Source: an uncultured Acidimicrobiaceae bacterium (lineage in GTDB: Bacteria > Actinomycetota > Acidimicrobiia > Spongiisociales > ZC4RG35). Taken from it: a stretch of DNA of 64,000 nucleotides. The notes under the pieces were generated by a model. It saw only the letters and a list, made by a program, of their open reading frames with translations, had not been told where the DNA came from and made no database searches. The DNA is taken from positions 4,370-68,369 of the forward strand of contig CAZNDH010000007.1 in assembly GCA_964571765.1 (NCBI GenBank), written 5' to 3'. Shown here piece after piece: positions 46,600 to 55,476 of this stretch. Both the position numbers and the translations under genes were made by a program. Every line of letters starts with the position of its first letter. The first letter of the stretch is position 1.

Positions 46600-46797
46600 A
46601 TGACACGTTTCTGGATCTGGTTGTGGGCCCGGGCCCGCGATGAGAAAGGCCAGGGGACCGTGGAGTACTTCCTGGTGATCCTGGCTGCGACCGCACTGGC
46701 GATCATCGCCCTGAGATGGCTGCAGAGCGGGAGCGGGGGCAACCTGTTGGGCAACCTGTTCGGCAGGGTGATCCAGTGGGTGATCGGCCGGTTCTGA
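46600..46797 (+). CDS. flp: Flp-family type IVb prepilin
   Basis: 65 aa. DEKGQG/TVEYFLVILAATALAII matches the Flp G-x4-EY processing motif. GGAGG at 46581-46585. Confidence 0.75.
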   Translation: MTRFWIWLWARARDEKGQGTVEYFLVILAATALAIIALRWLQSGSGGNLLGNLFGRVIQWVIGRF

Positions 46798-47159
46798 GAG
46801 CGGCGCGGGGAAGCGCCACCGTGGAGCTGTTCCTGGTGATCCCAATGGTGATCCTTGTACTGGTGGCCGGGCTACAGGTGGTGTCCTTGGCCCGGGCTCG
46901 CATCGAGCTGGTGGGTGCTGCCCGCGACGGGGTCCGGGTGGCGGCTACCACGCCTGATCCGGCTCGAGCGGTGGAGGTGGTGATGGCTGCCCTTCCCCCG
47001 TCAGTTCGCGCCCGGGCCCGGGTAGCGGTCACCCGCCCCGGGGTGCCCGGTCAGCCGGCCAAGGTGGTGGTCCACCTCCGCCACCTCCTGGGGCCTCCGT
47101 TCCCTGACGACTTTGGCGTCGACCTCTCCGCATCGGCCACCATGCTCGTGGAACGATGA
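46776..47159 (+). CDS. TadE-like pseudopilin/assembly protein
   Basis: RGSATVELFLVIPMVILVLVAGLQVV TadE N-terminal motif. GTG 46776 overlaps the end of flp. Confidence 0.7.
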   Translation: MGDRPVLRAARGSATVELFLVIPMVILVLVAGLQVVSLARARIELVGAARDGVRVAATTPDPARAVEVVMAALPPSVRARARVAVTRPGVPGQPAKVVVHLRHLLGPPFPDDFGVDLSASATMLVER

Positions 47160-47539
47160 GCCAGCAGGGCTCGGCCACCGTGGTGATGACTGCGGTGACG
47201 GGCATGCTGGCGATCTGCCTGGTGGCCACCGCTGCTCTAGGAGGCCTGTTGGCGGCGAGGGCGGCGGCGATGCTCGCCGCCGACGCAGCAGCGCTGGCTG
47301 CAGCGGTGGCCACCTACCCGGCTACCGGCCGGAGACCCCCATCGGACGAAGCTGCCCGAGCCGCAGCCGCCAACGGCGCCGTTCTGATCAGCTGCGTTTG
47401 CCCGGTCGACCCCGGGCTGGGCTCCCGGGTGGTCACGGTCCGGGCGGTGGTCGAGGTCGATGTGCCACTGTTCGGTCATCTCCATGTCAGTGCTTCTTCC
47501 CGCGCCGAATTCGACCCTGGCGCATGGCTGGGCCGTTGA
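47156..47539 (+). CDS. actinobacterial Tad-locus TadE-like protein (Rv3654c/Rv3655c-type)
   Basis: QQGSATVVMTAVTGMLAICLV...AADAAALAAAVA...ANGAVLISC pattern. ATG overlaps the upstream stop (ATGA). Confidence 0.7.
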   Translation: MSQQGSATVVMTAVTGMLAICLVATAALGGLLAARAAAMLAADAAALAAAVATYPATGRRPPSDEAARAAAANGAVLISCVCPVDPGLGSRVVTVRAVVEVDVPLFGHLHVSASSRAEFDPGAWLGR

Positions 47540-47555
47540 CCGTCGTCCCGGTAGA

Positions 47556-47561
47556 TACGCT
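47556..47561 (+). promoter_or_regulatory. -10 box, leaderless alpha/beta hydrolase gene
   Basis: TACGCT, 8 nt before ATG 47570. Confidence 0.45.
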
Positions 47562-47569
47562 GATCAGAG

Positions 47570-48319
47570 ATGGATGCCGGTGGTTCGGTCGAGAGGAGTG
47601 GGGCGGTGGTTCACGACATCACCGTCGGAGACACCATGGCCTACCTGGTGGAGCCTGCCGATGGATCCGGCCTCGGGGGCGTCGTGTTCCTCCACTGGTT
47701 CGACCCGGAGGCTCCGGACGGGAACCGGAGCCAGTTCGTCGACGAGGCCGTTGGGCTGGCGGCGAGTCTCGGTGTGGTCTCCATCCTGCCCCAAGGCAGA
47801 TTCCCGTGGCACAGTGACCCGAAAGATGGGGCTTCGGACACTTATCGGATCCTCATCGAGACCGATGACAACCTGAAAGCCCTCGACCTTCTCCATGACC
47901 GCGTGAATGGCAACCCGGTGGCAATGGTCGGACATGACTTCGGTGCCATGCACGGTGTCCTGCTCGCAGCCCAGGACCGGCGGGTAGCCGCTTCGGTGCT
48001 GATTGCCCTCACTCCTCGCTGGGGGGATTGGTTCCTTCCGTTCTGGGAGGTCTCCGGGGACCGGTTCGATTACCTGAGGGACCTGCATCCCTTCGACCCG
48101 GTCAACCGGATCGGAGATCTGGCGCCTCGTCCGGTTCTCTTCCAGTTCGCAGAGGACGACTTCTACATCGCCCCGATGAGTGGGCGCGAGCTCTACCACG
48201 CGGCCGGCGAGCCCAGGGAGTTCCGCTCCTACGAAGCCGATCACGGCATGCGCCATCCTCAGGCAGCAGCCGACCGGAGCCGGTTCCTTGCCGATGTGCT
48301 CGGCTGGCCCATACCTTGA
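47570..48319 (+). CDS. alpha/beta-fold hydrolase (dienelactone-hydrolase-like)
   Basis: 249 aa. Nucleophile elbow GHDFG (Asp in the nucleophile position) and C-terminal ADHGM histidine. Confidence 0.8.
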   Translation: MDAGGSVERSGAVVHDITVGDTMAYLVEPADGSGLGGVVFLHWFDPEAPDGNRSQFVDEAVGLAASLGVVSILPQGRFPWHSDPKDGASDTYRILIETDDNLKALDLLHDRVNGNPVAMVGHDFGAMHGVLLAAQDRRVAASVLIALTPRWGDWFLPFWEVSGDRFDYLRDLHPFDPVNRIGDLAPRPVLFQFAEDDFYIAPMSGRELYHAAGEPREFRSYEADHGMRHPQAAADRSRFLADVLGWPIP

Positions 48320-48360
48320 GAAACTCGGTCACCAACCGCGGACGAATTTGACCGGACCCA

Positions 48361-48366
48361 TATCCT
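48361..48366 (+). promoter_or_regulatory. -10 box, leaderless polX
   Basis: TATCCT, 6 nt before ATG 48373. Confidence 0.5.
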
Positions 48367-48372
48367 TCGCCG

Positions 48373-50100
48373 ATGCCCTCCCGCACTGAGACCATCCGGA
48401 TGCTCGCCGAGCTCGCCCGGCTGACCGCGCTCGACGAAGGGTCGCCCCAGGCGTTCAAGGTACGCGCCTACGAAGCGGCGATCGCCGGCATCGAGAGCCA
48501 TCCCGGCGAGGTGGATGGGCTATCCAAGGCGGAGCTGACGGCGATCAAAGGGGTGGGCAACTCGACCGCGGAGAAGATTCTCGAGCTGGGTGCCACTGGC
48601 TCGGTGAGAAAGTTGGACGAGTTGAGAGAGCGTTACCCACCGGCCTTCGTCGAGCTGACAAGGATCCCCGGGCTGGGCCCCAAGACGTTGAAGATGCTCC
48701 GGGAGAGGATCGGGGTGGAGGACATAGAGGGTCTGCGGGAGGCGGTGGCCGGCCAGCGGCTCCGTGACCTACCCGGCTTGGGGGAGAAGTCGGAGGAGAA
48801 GATCGCCCGGGCCATCGAGCGCCTCGGGCTCCACGGCAAGGACCGCAGGACACCGCTGGTGGACGTGATCGGCCTGGCCAGGTCGATCGCCGAACGCATC
48901 GGGTCGCTTCCCGGTGTAGAGGCGGCGGTGCCCTGTGGTTCCATTCGCCGCTTTTCGGAGTCCATCGGAGACATCGACGTGGTGGTGGCGACCACCGACC
49001 CGTCGTCGGTCGGTGAGACAGTGCTTGGCTTCCCGGAAGTCGCCGAAGTGGTCGGCGCAGGGGAGACCAAGACCTCCTTTCTCACTCGCGAGGGCCTGCA
49101 GGTCGACATTCGCACCGTCCAGCCCGGCCAGTTGGGCTCGGCCCTCCTCTACTTCACCGGGTCGAAGGCTCACAACATCGCGCTCCGACAGAGAGCAATC
49201 GACCGGGGCTTCCTCCTCAGCGAGTACGGGTTGTTCGAGGGCGATCGCTTGGTGGCGGCGGCGACCGAGGAAGACATCTACGCCGCCCTGGATATGGACT
49301 TCGTCCCGCCGCCGCTGCGGGAAGCCGGAGGTGAGGTCGAAGCCGCCGCCGGGGATGGTCTACCCGATCTGGTCACCCGGGAAGTCATTGCTGGCGACCT
49401 TCACTATCACTCCGACCGGTCCGGCGACGGCCGCTCCAGCCTGGAGGACATGGTGGAGGCGGCGATCGCCGCCGACTACCGGTACGTGGCCTTCACCGAC
49501 CATGGCGAGAACCTGACGATCAACGGCTCCAGCCGTGAGGAGATGATCGCCCACCGCGACCGGATCCGGGCCCTCGACGACCGCTACCCTGAGATCGACC
49601 TGCTCTTTGGGTGTGAGCTCAACATCGGCCCCGAAGGGGAGCTCGATTACGACCCTGTCTTCAGGCTGGAGTTCGACTGGTGCGTGGCCTCGATCCATTC
49701 ACACTTCGACATGGCCTCCGAGCGGCAGACGGTGCGGATACTCACCGCCCTGGCCGACCCGGCCGTCAACGCCATCGGTCACCTCACCGGACGCTACGTG
49801 GGCAGACGTCCCGGAGTCGAGCTCGACCTCGACGCGGTGCTCGAGGGTATGGCCGCCACCCGGGTCGCCCTGGAGATCAACGGGGCCCTCGACCGGCTCG
49901 ACGCCACCTCCGAGGTCGCCCGGATGGCGATGGGGATGGGGATCGACTTTGTGATCGACACCGACTCACATCACATCCGCGACCTGGTGCGCATGGACTA
50001 CGGAGTGTCCTACGCCCAACGCGGCTGGGTGACCAGCGACCGGGTGCTCAACGCCCGCCCCATCGAAGAGGTACGCCGGCGGGTCGCCGCCCGGCGCTGA
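48373..50100 (+). CDS. polX: family X DNA polymerase with C-terminal PHP domain (PolX)
   Basis: 575 aa. HhH motifs (IKGVGNSTAEKI, IPGLGPKT), pol-beta-like core GDIDVVV, PHP motif LHYHSDRSGDG. Confidence 0.9.
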   Translation: MPSRTETIRMLAELARLTALDEGSPQAFKVRAYEAAIAGIESHPGEVDGLSKAELTAIKGVGNSTAEKILELGATGSVRKLDELRERYPPAFVELTRIPGLGPKTLKMLRERIGVEDIEGLREAVAGQRLRDLPGLGEKSEEKIARAIERLGLHGKDRRTPLVDVIGLARSIAERIGSLPGVEAAVPCGSIRRFSESIGDIDVVVATTDPSSVGETVLGFPEVAEVVGAGETKTSFLTREGLQVDIRTVQPGQLGSALLYFTGSKAHNIALRQRAIDRGFLLSEYGLFEGDRLVAAATEEDIYAALDMDFVPPPLREAGGEVEAAAGDGLPDLVTREVIAGDLHYHSDRSGDGRSSLEDMVEAAIAADYRYVAFTDHGENLTINGSSREEMIAHRDRIRALDDRYPEIDLLFGCELNIGPEGELDYDPVFRLEFDWCVASIHSHFDMASERQTVRILTALADPAVNAIGHLTGRYVGRRPGVELDLDAVLEGMAATRVALEINGALDRLDATSEVARMAMGMGIDFVIDTDSHHIRDLVRMDYGVSYAQRGWVTSDRVLNARPIEEVRRRVAARR

Positions 50101-50106
50101 CCGGCC

Positions 50107-50700
50107 TCAGAGATACTCGTCGCGGTCCTGTTCGGCGCGGGCCGCACCGATCTGGGTCTTGACCGATCTCTCCTCCTCGGGAGGTGGGAGCACTGCGGGC
50201 ACCCCAAGGGAGTCGAGCCAGAGCTCACGGGCCCAGCCCATGGTGTGGAAGAGGTGCTCGGCTTCCTCCTCGGAGACATCCTCGTAAGCCTCCTTCATCG
50301 CCTTGGCCAACCCGCCCTCGGCGTGCTCCGCCATCCTCCCGATCAGCTCCCAATTGGCCCAGTCCTTCGACTCGGCCTCGACCACAGATTCGGCGGCAGT
50401 CAACTGGGCGGCAGCCGGCCCGCCCTCGGTCAGGGACAGGTCCATCGCCTCGATCAGGGCCTTCCCCTTGTGGCGTACCACCAGTCGGCCTGGAGTCTCC
50501 CTGGCGGGGTCGAGGCCGGCGGCTTCGAGCACCGCGGTGATCTTCTCCTGGTGGGTCCGGGTCTCCTCGAGGTAGGTCTGCCACTCGTCGCGCACGTCTT
50601 GGTTCACGGCGCACTCGATGGCTTTGAGGTAGATCCGCTCACCACTCAGTTCGGTCTCCAGTGCCTGATAGAGGAGCTCATCGAGCTGCTTACGGTCCAT
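50107..50700 (-). CDS. ferritin-like / rubrerythrin-like four-helix-bundle protein
   Basis: Trimmed to ATG 50700 with AAGGAG upstream. Paired E..H-type helices (ALETELSGERIY.., ..EEEAEHLFH). Confidence 0.65.
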   Translation of the reverse strand: MDRKQLDELLYQALETELSGERIYLKAIECAVNQDVRDEWQTYLEETRTHQEKITAVLEAAGLDPARETPGRLVVRHKGKALIEAMDLSLTEGGPAAAQLTAAESVVEAESKDWANWELIGRMAEHAEGGLAKAMKEAYEDVSEEEAEHLFHTMGWARELWLDSLGVPAVLPPPEEERSVKTQIGAARAEQDRDEYL

Positions 50701-50786
50701 GGGTTCACTCCTTGTTGACGAGAACCACCTATACCCCTCGACGGCTGCCTCAAACATGGGGATCCTTGTAATTCCATGAGCAAGTC

Positions 50787-52136
50787 GTGATGCTGTCCCG
50801 GTTGGCCTTGCATCCGGAAGACTTCTCCCAGGTGACGTCCACCTTCGTGCTCGACACCTGCGTGCTGCTCGCAGATCCCACGTCGCTGCTCAGGTTCGAC
50901 GAGCACGCCGTGGTGCTTCCCCTGGTGGTGGTGGAGGAGCTCGACCGGATGAAGTCGCGTGTGGACGAGGTTGGTGGCAACGCACGGGCAGCGATCCGTC
51001 TCCTCGAGGAACTCGGCGCCTCCCGGGATGGTGGTCTGCGGGAGCCGGTTGGCCTACCCGGTGGGGGGACGTTGCGCATCGAGCTGAACGGCATCACCTC
51101 GGAACGGCTCCCGGCGGCCCTGGACCCTCACACGCCCGATCACCGGATCCTGGCAACGTGTCTCAACCTGGGTGATGAGCCGGCCGTCCTGGTGACCAAG
51201 GATGCCTCGTTGAGGATCAAGGGTGCTCAGCTCGGGGTTTCTGTCCAGGATTACCGTGCGGACACCGCCCCCGTGGAGCAGGTACGCGCCGGTCTGGCGG
51301 AGCATCACACCTCCGCCGAGGTCATCGACCGGCTCTTCGAGGAAGGCAAGATCGAGCTGGACGGGGTGCCCGGGGAGGTCAATGAGTTCGTCGTCCTCCG
51401 CAGTGGGACCTCCCGCTCGGCCCTGGCCCGGATCGTCCAGGGCGAGCCGGCGACTGTTGTGGAGCGGGTGCCCACGCATGTGCGGGCTTTCGGCGTCGAG
51501 CCCAAGAACCTGGGCCAGACGGTGGCTATGCACCATCTCCTCGACCCGGAGATACCGGCGGTGTCGCTGATGGGGATGGCCGGCACCGGGAAGACCTTTC
51601 TCGCCCTGGCCACCGCGCTGGAGCAGGTGCTCGAGCAGGGCCGTTACCGGCGGGTGTCGGTGTACCGGCCACTGGTAGCCGTAGGCCGTCAGGAGGTGGG
51701 CTTCCTTCCCGGGGACCTCGACGAGAAACTCACCCCCTGGATGGCGGCGGTGCATGACAATCTCTACGCCCTCTTCTCTGATGCAGGTGGCGAGGCCGCG
51801 CGGGGTGCCATCGAGGAGTTGGTCGACCGCGGGGAGTTGGAGATGGCTGCGGTCACCTATCTTCGGGGACGCTCGATCACCGGTGAGTTCGTCATCGTCG
51901 ACGAGGCTCAGAACCTGGAGCTCCCCACCCTGAAGGTGATACTCACCAGAATGTCTCGGGACTCGAAGGTGGTGTTCTGCGGCGATCTGTCCCAGGTCGA
52001 CAACCCCTACATCTCGCCGTTCGGTGGGATGGCCGCGTTGATCGAGAAGTTCCGAGGGTCTCCCTTGTTCGCCCACGTCACCCTGGAGCGCTCGGTGCGC
52101 TCACCACTGGCCGAGATGGCCGCCACCATCCTCTGA
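50787..52136 (+). CDS. PIN-domain / PhoH-like ATPase fusion (PhoH2)
   Basis: N-terminal PIN (FVLDTCVLLADP..VVLPLVVVEELD). PhoH ATPase with Walker A GMAGTGKTFLALA and DEAQN box. Confidence 0.9.
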   Translation: MMLSRLALHPEDFSQVTSTFVLDTCVLLADPTSLLRFDEHAVVLPLVVVEELDRMKSRVDEVGGNARAAIRLLEELGASRDGGLREPVGLPGGGTLRIELNGITSERLPAALDPHTPDHRILATCLNLGDEPAVLVTKDASLRIKGAQLGVSVQDYRADTAPVEQVRAGLAEHHTSAEVIDRLFEEGKIELDGVPGEVNEFVVLRSGTSRSALARIVQGEPATVVERVPTHVRAFGVEPKNLGQTVAMHHLLDPEIPAVSLMGMAGTGKTFLALATALEQVLEQGRYRRVSVYRPLVAVGRQEVGFLPGDLDEKLTPWMAAVHDNLYALFSDAGGEAARGAIEELVDRGELEMAAVTYLRGRSITGEFVIVDEAQNLELPTLKVILTRMSRDSKVVFCGDLSQVDNPYISPFGGMAALIEKFRGSPLFAHVTLERSVRSPLAEMAATIL

Positions 52137-52142
52137 CCTCAG

Positions 52143-52235
52143 CGTGTGCAGAGGAGTCCCGGATATCGGTGTCTGTGCACACGGGGAGGTCGAGTGTGTG
52201 CACGCGACGCCCTGGTTCGGCCGGGGCTGCACACG
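52143..52235. repeat. nested palindromic element built on four TGTGCA(C) motifs between the convergent phoH2 and topA genes
   Basis: Outer stem CGTGTGCAG (52143-51) / CTGCACACG (52227-35). Inner stem GTGCACAC (52175-82) / GTGTGCAC (52196-203). Extra stem TCCCGG (52157-62) / CCGGGG (52221-26). Confidence 0.65.
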
Positions 52236-52241
52236 AAGGCT

Positions 52242-54806
52242 TTACTTGGAGGCGATACGCTCCCGACGGGCGGCGAGCAACTCCAGAGCCCGTTCCAGGG
52301 TCATCCGCTCCAGGCTGTCGCCCTGGCGGAACGAGGCGTTGACCTCGCCGTCGGTGACGTAGGGCCCGAACCTTCCGCTGCGCACCGTCACCTTCCGCTG
52401 GGTGTCCGGATCCTCGCCGAGCTCGGCGAGGTTCGCCGAACGGGCTTGACCGCGGCGCCGGGGCGGCTCGGCGAGGAGGGCCAGGGACTCTTCGGTGGTG
52501 AGGGTGAACAGCTGTTCCTCGCTCTCCAGGGAGCGGCGATCGTCACCTCTCTGGATATAGGGCCCGTAGCGGCCGTTGAGGGCGACGATGTCGACTCCAT
52601 CGGGGTCCTGGCCGACCACCCTGGGCAAGGAGAGAAGCCGCAGGGCGTCCTCCAGGCCCATCTCATCCATCGACATCGAGCGCAGCAGGGACGCCCGCTT
52701 CGGCTTGTCCTTGCTTCCCTCCTCCTGCTCGCCGAGTTGCACGTAGGGCCCGAAGCGACCGGTCATCCCGTACACGGTGAGCCCGCTCTCGGGGTCGGTC
52801 CCGAAGATCTTGGCCCCGGCATTCTGGGCCTCGATCAGCTCTAGGGCTCGGTCCACGGTCAGCTCGTCCGGTGCCAGGTCGTCGGGAATCGACGCCCTCT
52901 CGTCGAGTCGCTCGACGTAGGGGCCATAGCGGCCGATCCGGGCGGCCACCTCATTGCCATCGGCGTCGTTGCCGATGGGGATGGTCCCGATCGCCCTGGG
53001 GTCGATCTCATCGAGATGTCGGGCGACGTTCTCGCGTAGGCCTTCGTCGCCGAAGTAGAAGGCCGCAAGCCACGGGACCGATTCCTCTTTGCCTTCGGCG
53101 ATCCGGTCGAGGTCCGACTCCATGGTGGCGGTGAACTCATAGTCGACCAGACGAGGGAAGTGGTTCTCGAGCAAGGTCACCACGGCGAAGGCGGTGAAGG
53201 TGGGGACCAGGGCACTTCCCTTCTTCAACACGTAACCCCGGTCCTGGATGGTGGTCATGATCGAGGCATAGGTCGAAGGGCGACCTACCCCGAGCTCCTC
53301 GAGCCGCTGCACCAGTGATGCCTCGGTGTACCGGGCCGGTGGCCGGGTCTCGTGCCCGGTCGGTTCCAGCCTCTGCACCTCCAGGGAGTCGCCCTCGGAG
53401 AGGGGAGGGAGGATGCTCTCCTTGTCGTCGCTGTCCGACTGCGGGTCGTCGGAGCCTTGCACGTACGCCTTGAGGAAGCCGGGGAAGGTGATGGTTCGGC
53501 CCGAAGCGCTCCACTCGGTGTTCTCGCCCCCGGTCGTCGTGGCGCCGAGGCGAGCCGAGACACTCACCCCGGCGGCGTCGGCCATCTGCGAAGCGATCGT
53601 CCGTCGCCAGATCAGATCGTAGAGGGCCGCCTCGTCCGAGGCGACCTCCCGGGCGACCTGTTCCGGGGTCTTGAAAGTCTCCCCGGCGGGACGGATCGCC
53701 TCATGTGCTTCCTGGGCGCCCTTCACCTTGGATGCGTAGGCCCGGGGTTGGGACGAGAGGTATTCCTCACCGTAGAGACCGGCGATCTGGGACCGAGCCG
53801 CGGCAACCGCCGTGCTGGAGAGCGCCACCGAGTCGGTCCGCATATAGGTGATGTACCCGTTCTCGTAGAGACGCTGGGCAACCGACATGGTGCGTGAGGA
53901 CGAGTAGCGCAGCTTGCGTCCTGCCTCCTGCTGGAGGGTGGAGGTGCGGAATGGGGGGTACGGGCTCCGCTTGTAAGGCTTCGATGTCACCGAGGAAACC
54001 ACGAAGGCCGAGTCCTCGAGGGTGGCAGCCAAGGCGGCGGCCCGCGCCGAGTCGAGGACCAACACCTCACCCTTGGTCTTTCCCGAGCTGTCGAAGTCCT
54101 TGCCGGTGGCAACTCGGGTCCCGCCGATGCTGTGCAACTCGGCGGGGAAGACCTTGTCCAGTTCCTGGCTGGGGGCAAACTGACCCTCGATCCCCCAATA
54201 GCCCGCGGAGGTGAACGCCATCCGCTCCCGCTCCCGCTCGACCACGATTCGGACTGCCACACTCTGTACCCGGCCAGCCGAGAGCCGAGGCTGGATCTTG
54301 CGCCACAGCACAGGGGAGACCTCGTAACCGTAGAGGCGGTCGAGGATGCGCCGGGCCTCCTGAGCCTGCACCAGTCGATCGTCGAGTTCCCGGGGATTGG
54401 CGAATGCCTCCTCGATGGCGGGCCGGGTGATCTCGTGGAACACCATCCGGTGCACCGGAACCTTGGGCTTGAGCACCTCGACCAGATGCCAGGCGATCGC
54501 CTCGCCTTCCCGGTCCTCGTCAGTAGCCAGATAGACCTCCTCGGCCTGGGAGAGGAGATCCTTCAGCTTCTTTACCTGAGCCTTGCGCTCCTTGGGGACC
54601 ACGTAGAGAGGCTCGAAGTCATTGTCGACATCCACGCCGAGCCGGGCCCAGTCCTCGCCCTTGGCGCTGGTCGGAATCTCCGAAGCCGACCTAGGGAGGT
54701 CTCGGATGTGCCCCATCGAGGACTCCACGGCGGCATCATCACCGAGAAATGCCGAGATGGTGCGCGCCTTGGTGGGCGACTCGACGATTACCAGTGTCTT
54801 GGGCAT
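52242..54806 (-). CDS. topA: DNA topoisomerase I
   Basis: Toprim VIVESPTKARTI and active-site YITYMRTDS. Basic repeat C-terminal domain lacking Zn-finger Cys, as in actinobacteria. Trimmed to ATG 54806. Confidence 0.95.
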   Translation of the reverse strand: MPKTLVIVESPTKARTISAFLGDDAAVESSMGHIRDLPRSASEIPTSAKGEDWARLGVDVDNDFEPLYVVPKERKAQVKKLKDLLSQAEEVYLATDEDREGEAIAWHLVEVLKPKVPVHRMVFHEITRPAIEEAFANPRELDDRLVQAQEARRILDRLYGYEVSPVLWRKIQPRLSAGRVQSVAVRIVVERERERMAFTSAGYWGIEGQFAPSQELDKVFPAELHSIGGTRVATGKDFDSSGKTKGEVLVLDSARAAALAATLEDSAFVVSSVTSKPYKRSPYPPFRTSTLQQEAGRKLRYSSSRTMSVAQRLYENGYITYMRTDSVALSSTAVAAARSQIAGLYGEEYLSSQPRAYASKVKGAQEAHEAIRPAGETFKTPEQVAREVASDEAALYDLIWRRTIASQMADAAGVSVSARLGATTTGGENTEWSASGRTITFPGFLKAYVQGSDDPQSDSDDKESILPPLSEGDSLEVQRLEPTGHETRPPARYTEASLVQRLEELGVGRPSTYASIMTTIQDRGYVLKKGSALVPTFTAFAVVTLLENHFPRLVDYEFTATMESDLDRIAEGKEESVPWLAAFYFGDEGLRENVARHLDEIDPRAIGTIPIGNDADGNEVAARIGRYGPYVERLDERASIPDDLAPDELTVDRALELIEAQNAGAKIFGTDPESGLTVYGMTGRFGPYVQLGEQEEGSKDKPKRASLLRSMSMDEMGLEDALRLLSLPRVVGQDPDGVDIVALNGRYGPYIQRGDDRRSLESEEQLFTLTTEESLALLAEPPRRRGQARSANLAELGEDPDTQRKVTVRSGRFGPYVTDGEVNASFRQGDSLERMTLERALELLAARRERIASK

Positions 54807-54816
54807 CGGGGTAGGA

Positions 54817-54845
54817 GTTGAACGCAGATTCGGTGCATATGTCAA
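54817..54845 (-). promoter_or_regulatory. possible topA promoter
   Basis: Minus strand: perfect TTGACA (54845-54840), 17-nt spacer, weak TTCAAC (54822-54817), 10 nt before ATG 54806. Confidence 0.35.
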
Positions 54846-54872
54846 TACGGATGATGCGTCATCCCGGCTGGT

Positions 54873-54878
54873 TAGCGT
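54873..54878 (+). promoter_or_regulatory. -10 box, leaderless tmk
   Basis: TAGCGT, 7 nt before GTG 54886. Confidence 0.5.
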
Positions 54879-54885
54879 GGACAAT

Positions 54886-55476
54886 GTGAGTCTCTACATC
54901 GCTCTGGAGGGGGTCGACGGCAGCGGGAAGAGCACGATCTCCGCCGCCTTGGCCGAGCGTCTCGAGGGCCTGGGGCACCGGGTTCTCACCGTCCGCGAGC
55001 CGGGGGGAACTCCCGTCGGCGAAGTGGTCAGAAGCCTGCTCCTCGACTCCGACTCCCTCGATGTCAGGGCAGAAGCGCTCCTTTTTGCCGCTCAACGGGC
55101 CGAGCTGGCCGCGGTGGTGATCGCCCCGGCCCTTGCCGAAGACGTCTGGGTGATCAGCGATCGGACGTATTACTCGTCGATTGCCTACCAGGGCCGCGCC
55201 CGCGCTCTGGGCGAGGATCGGGTCCGAGATTTCAACGAGTGGGCGCTGGACGGGGTGATCCCCGATCTGGTGTTCGTGCTCGATGTCGATCCCGGTCGTG
55301 CGCTGAGTCGCCAGCATCGGCCCGACCGGATCGGAGGAGAGGGGGTGTCGTTTCAGGAAGAGGTTCGGAGGGCCTACCTGGATCTGGCCGACGCTGACCC
55401 CGACCGGGTGGTCATCCTCGATGGCTCTCTCACCGTCAGCGAGTTGGTCGATCGGATCATGGAGAGGGCGCAGTGA
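54886..55476 (+). CDS. tmk: thymidylate kinase
   Basis: P-loop EGVDGSGKST and DRY-like DRTYYSS. GTG 54886 supported by -10 geometry (GTG 54877 is the alternative). Confidence 0.9.
   Translation: MSLYIALEGVDGSGKSTISAALAERLEGLGHRVLTVREPGGTPVGEVVRSLLLDSDSLDVRAEALLFAAQRAELAAVVIAPALAEDVWVISDRTYYSSIAYQGRARALGEDRVRDFNEWALDGVIPDLVFVLDVDPGRALSRQHRPDRIGGEGVSFQEEVRRAYLDLADADPDRVVILDGSLTVSELVDRIMERAQ

Noticed and set aside
50776-50790. Four-codon uORF (ATG AGC AAG TCG TGA) overlapping the PhoH2 start, as a possible PhoAT-like antitoxin
   Set aside because: It is far too short to encode a protein partner. This is most simply a chance ATG, and no conserved context can be assessed here.
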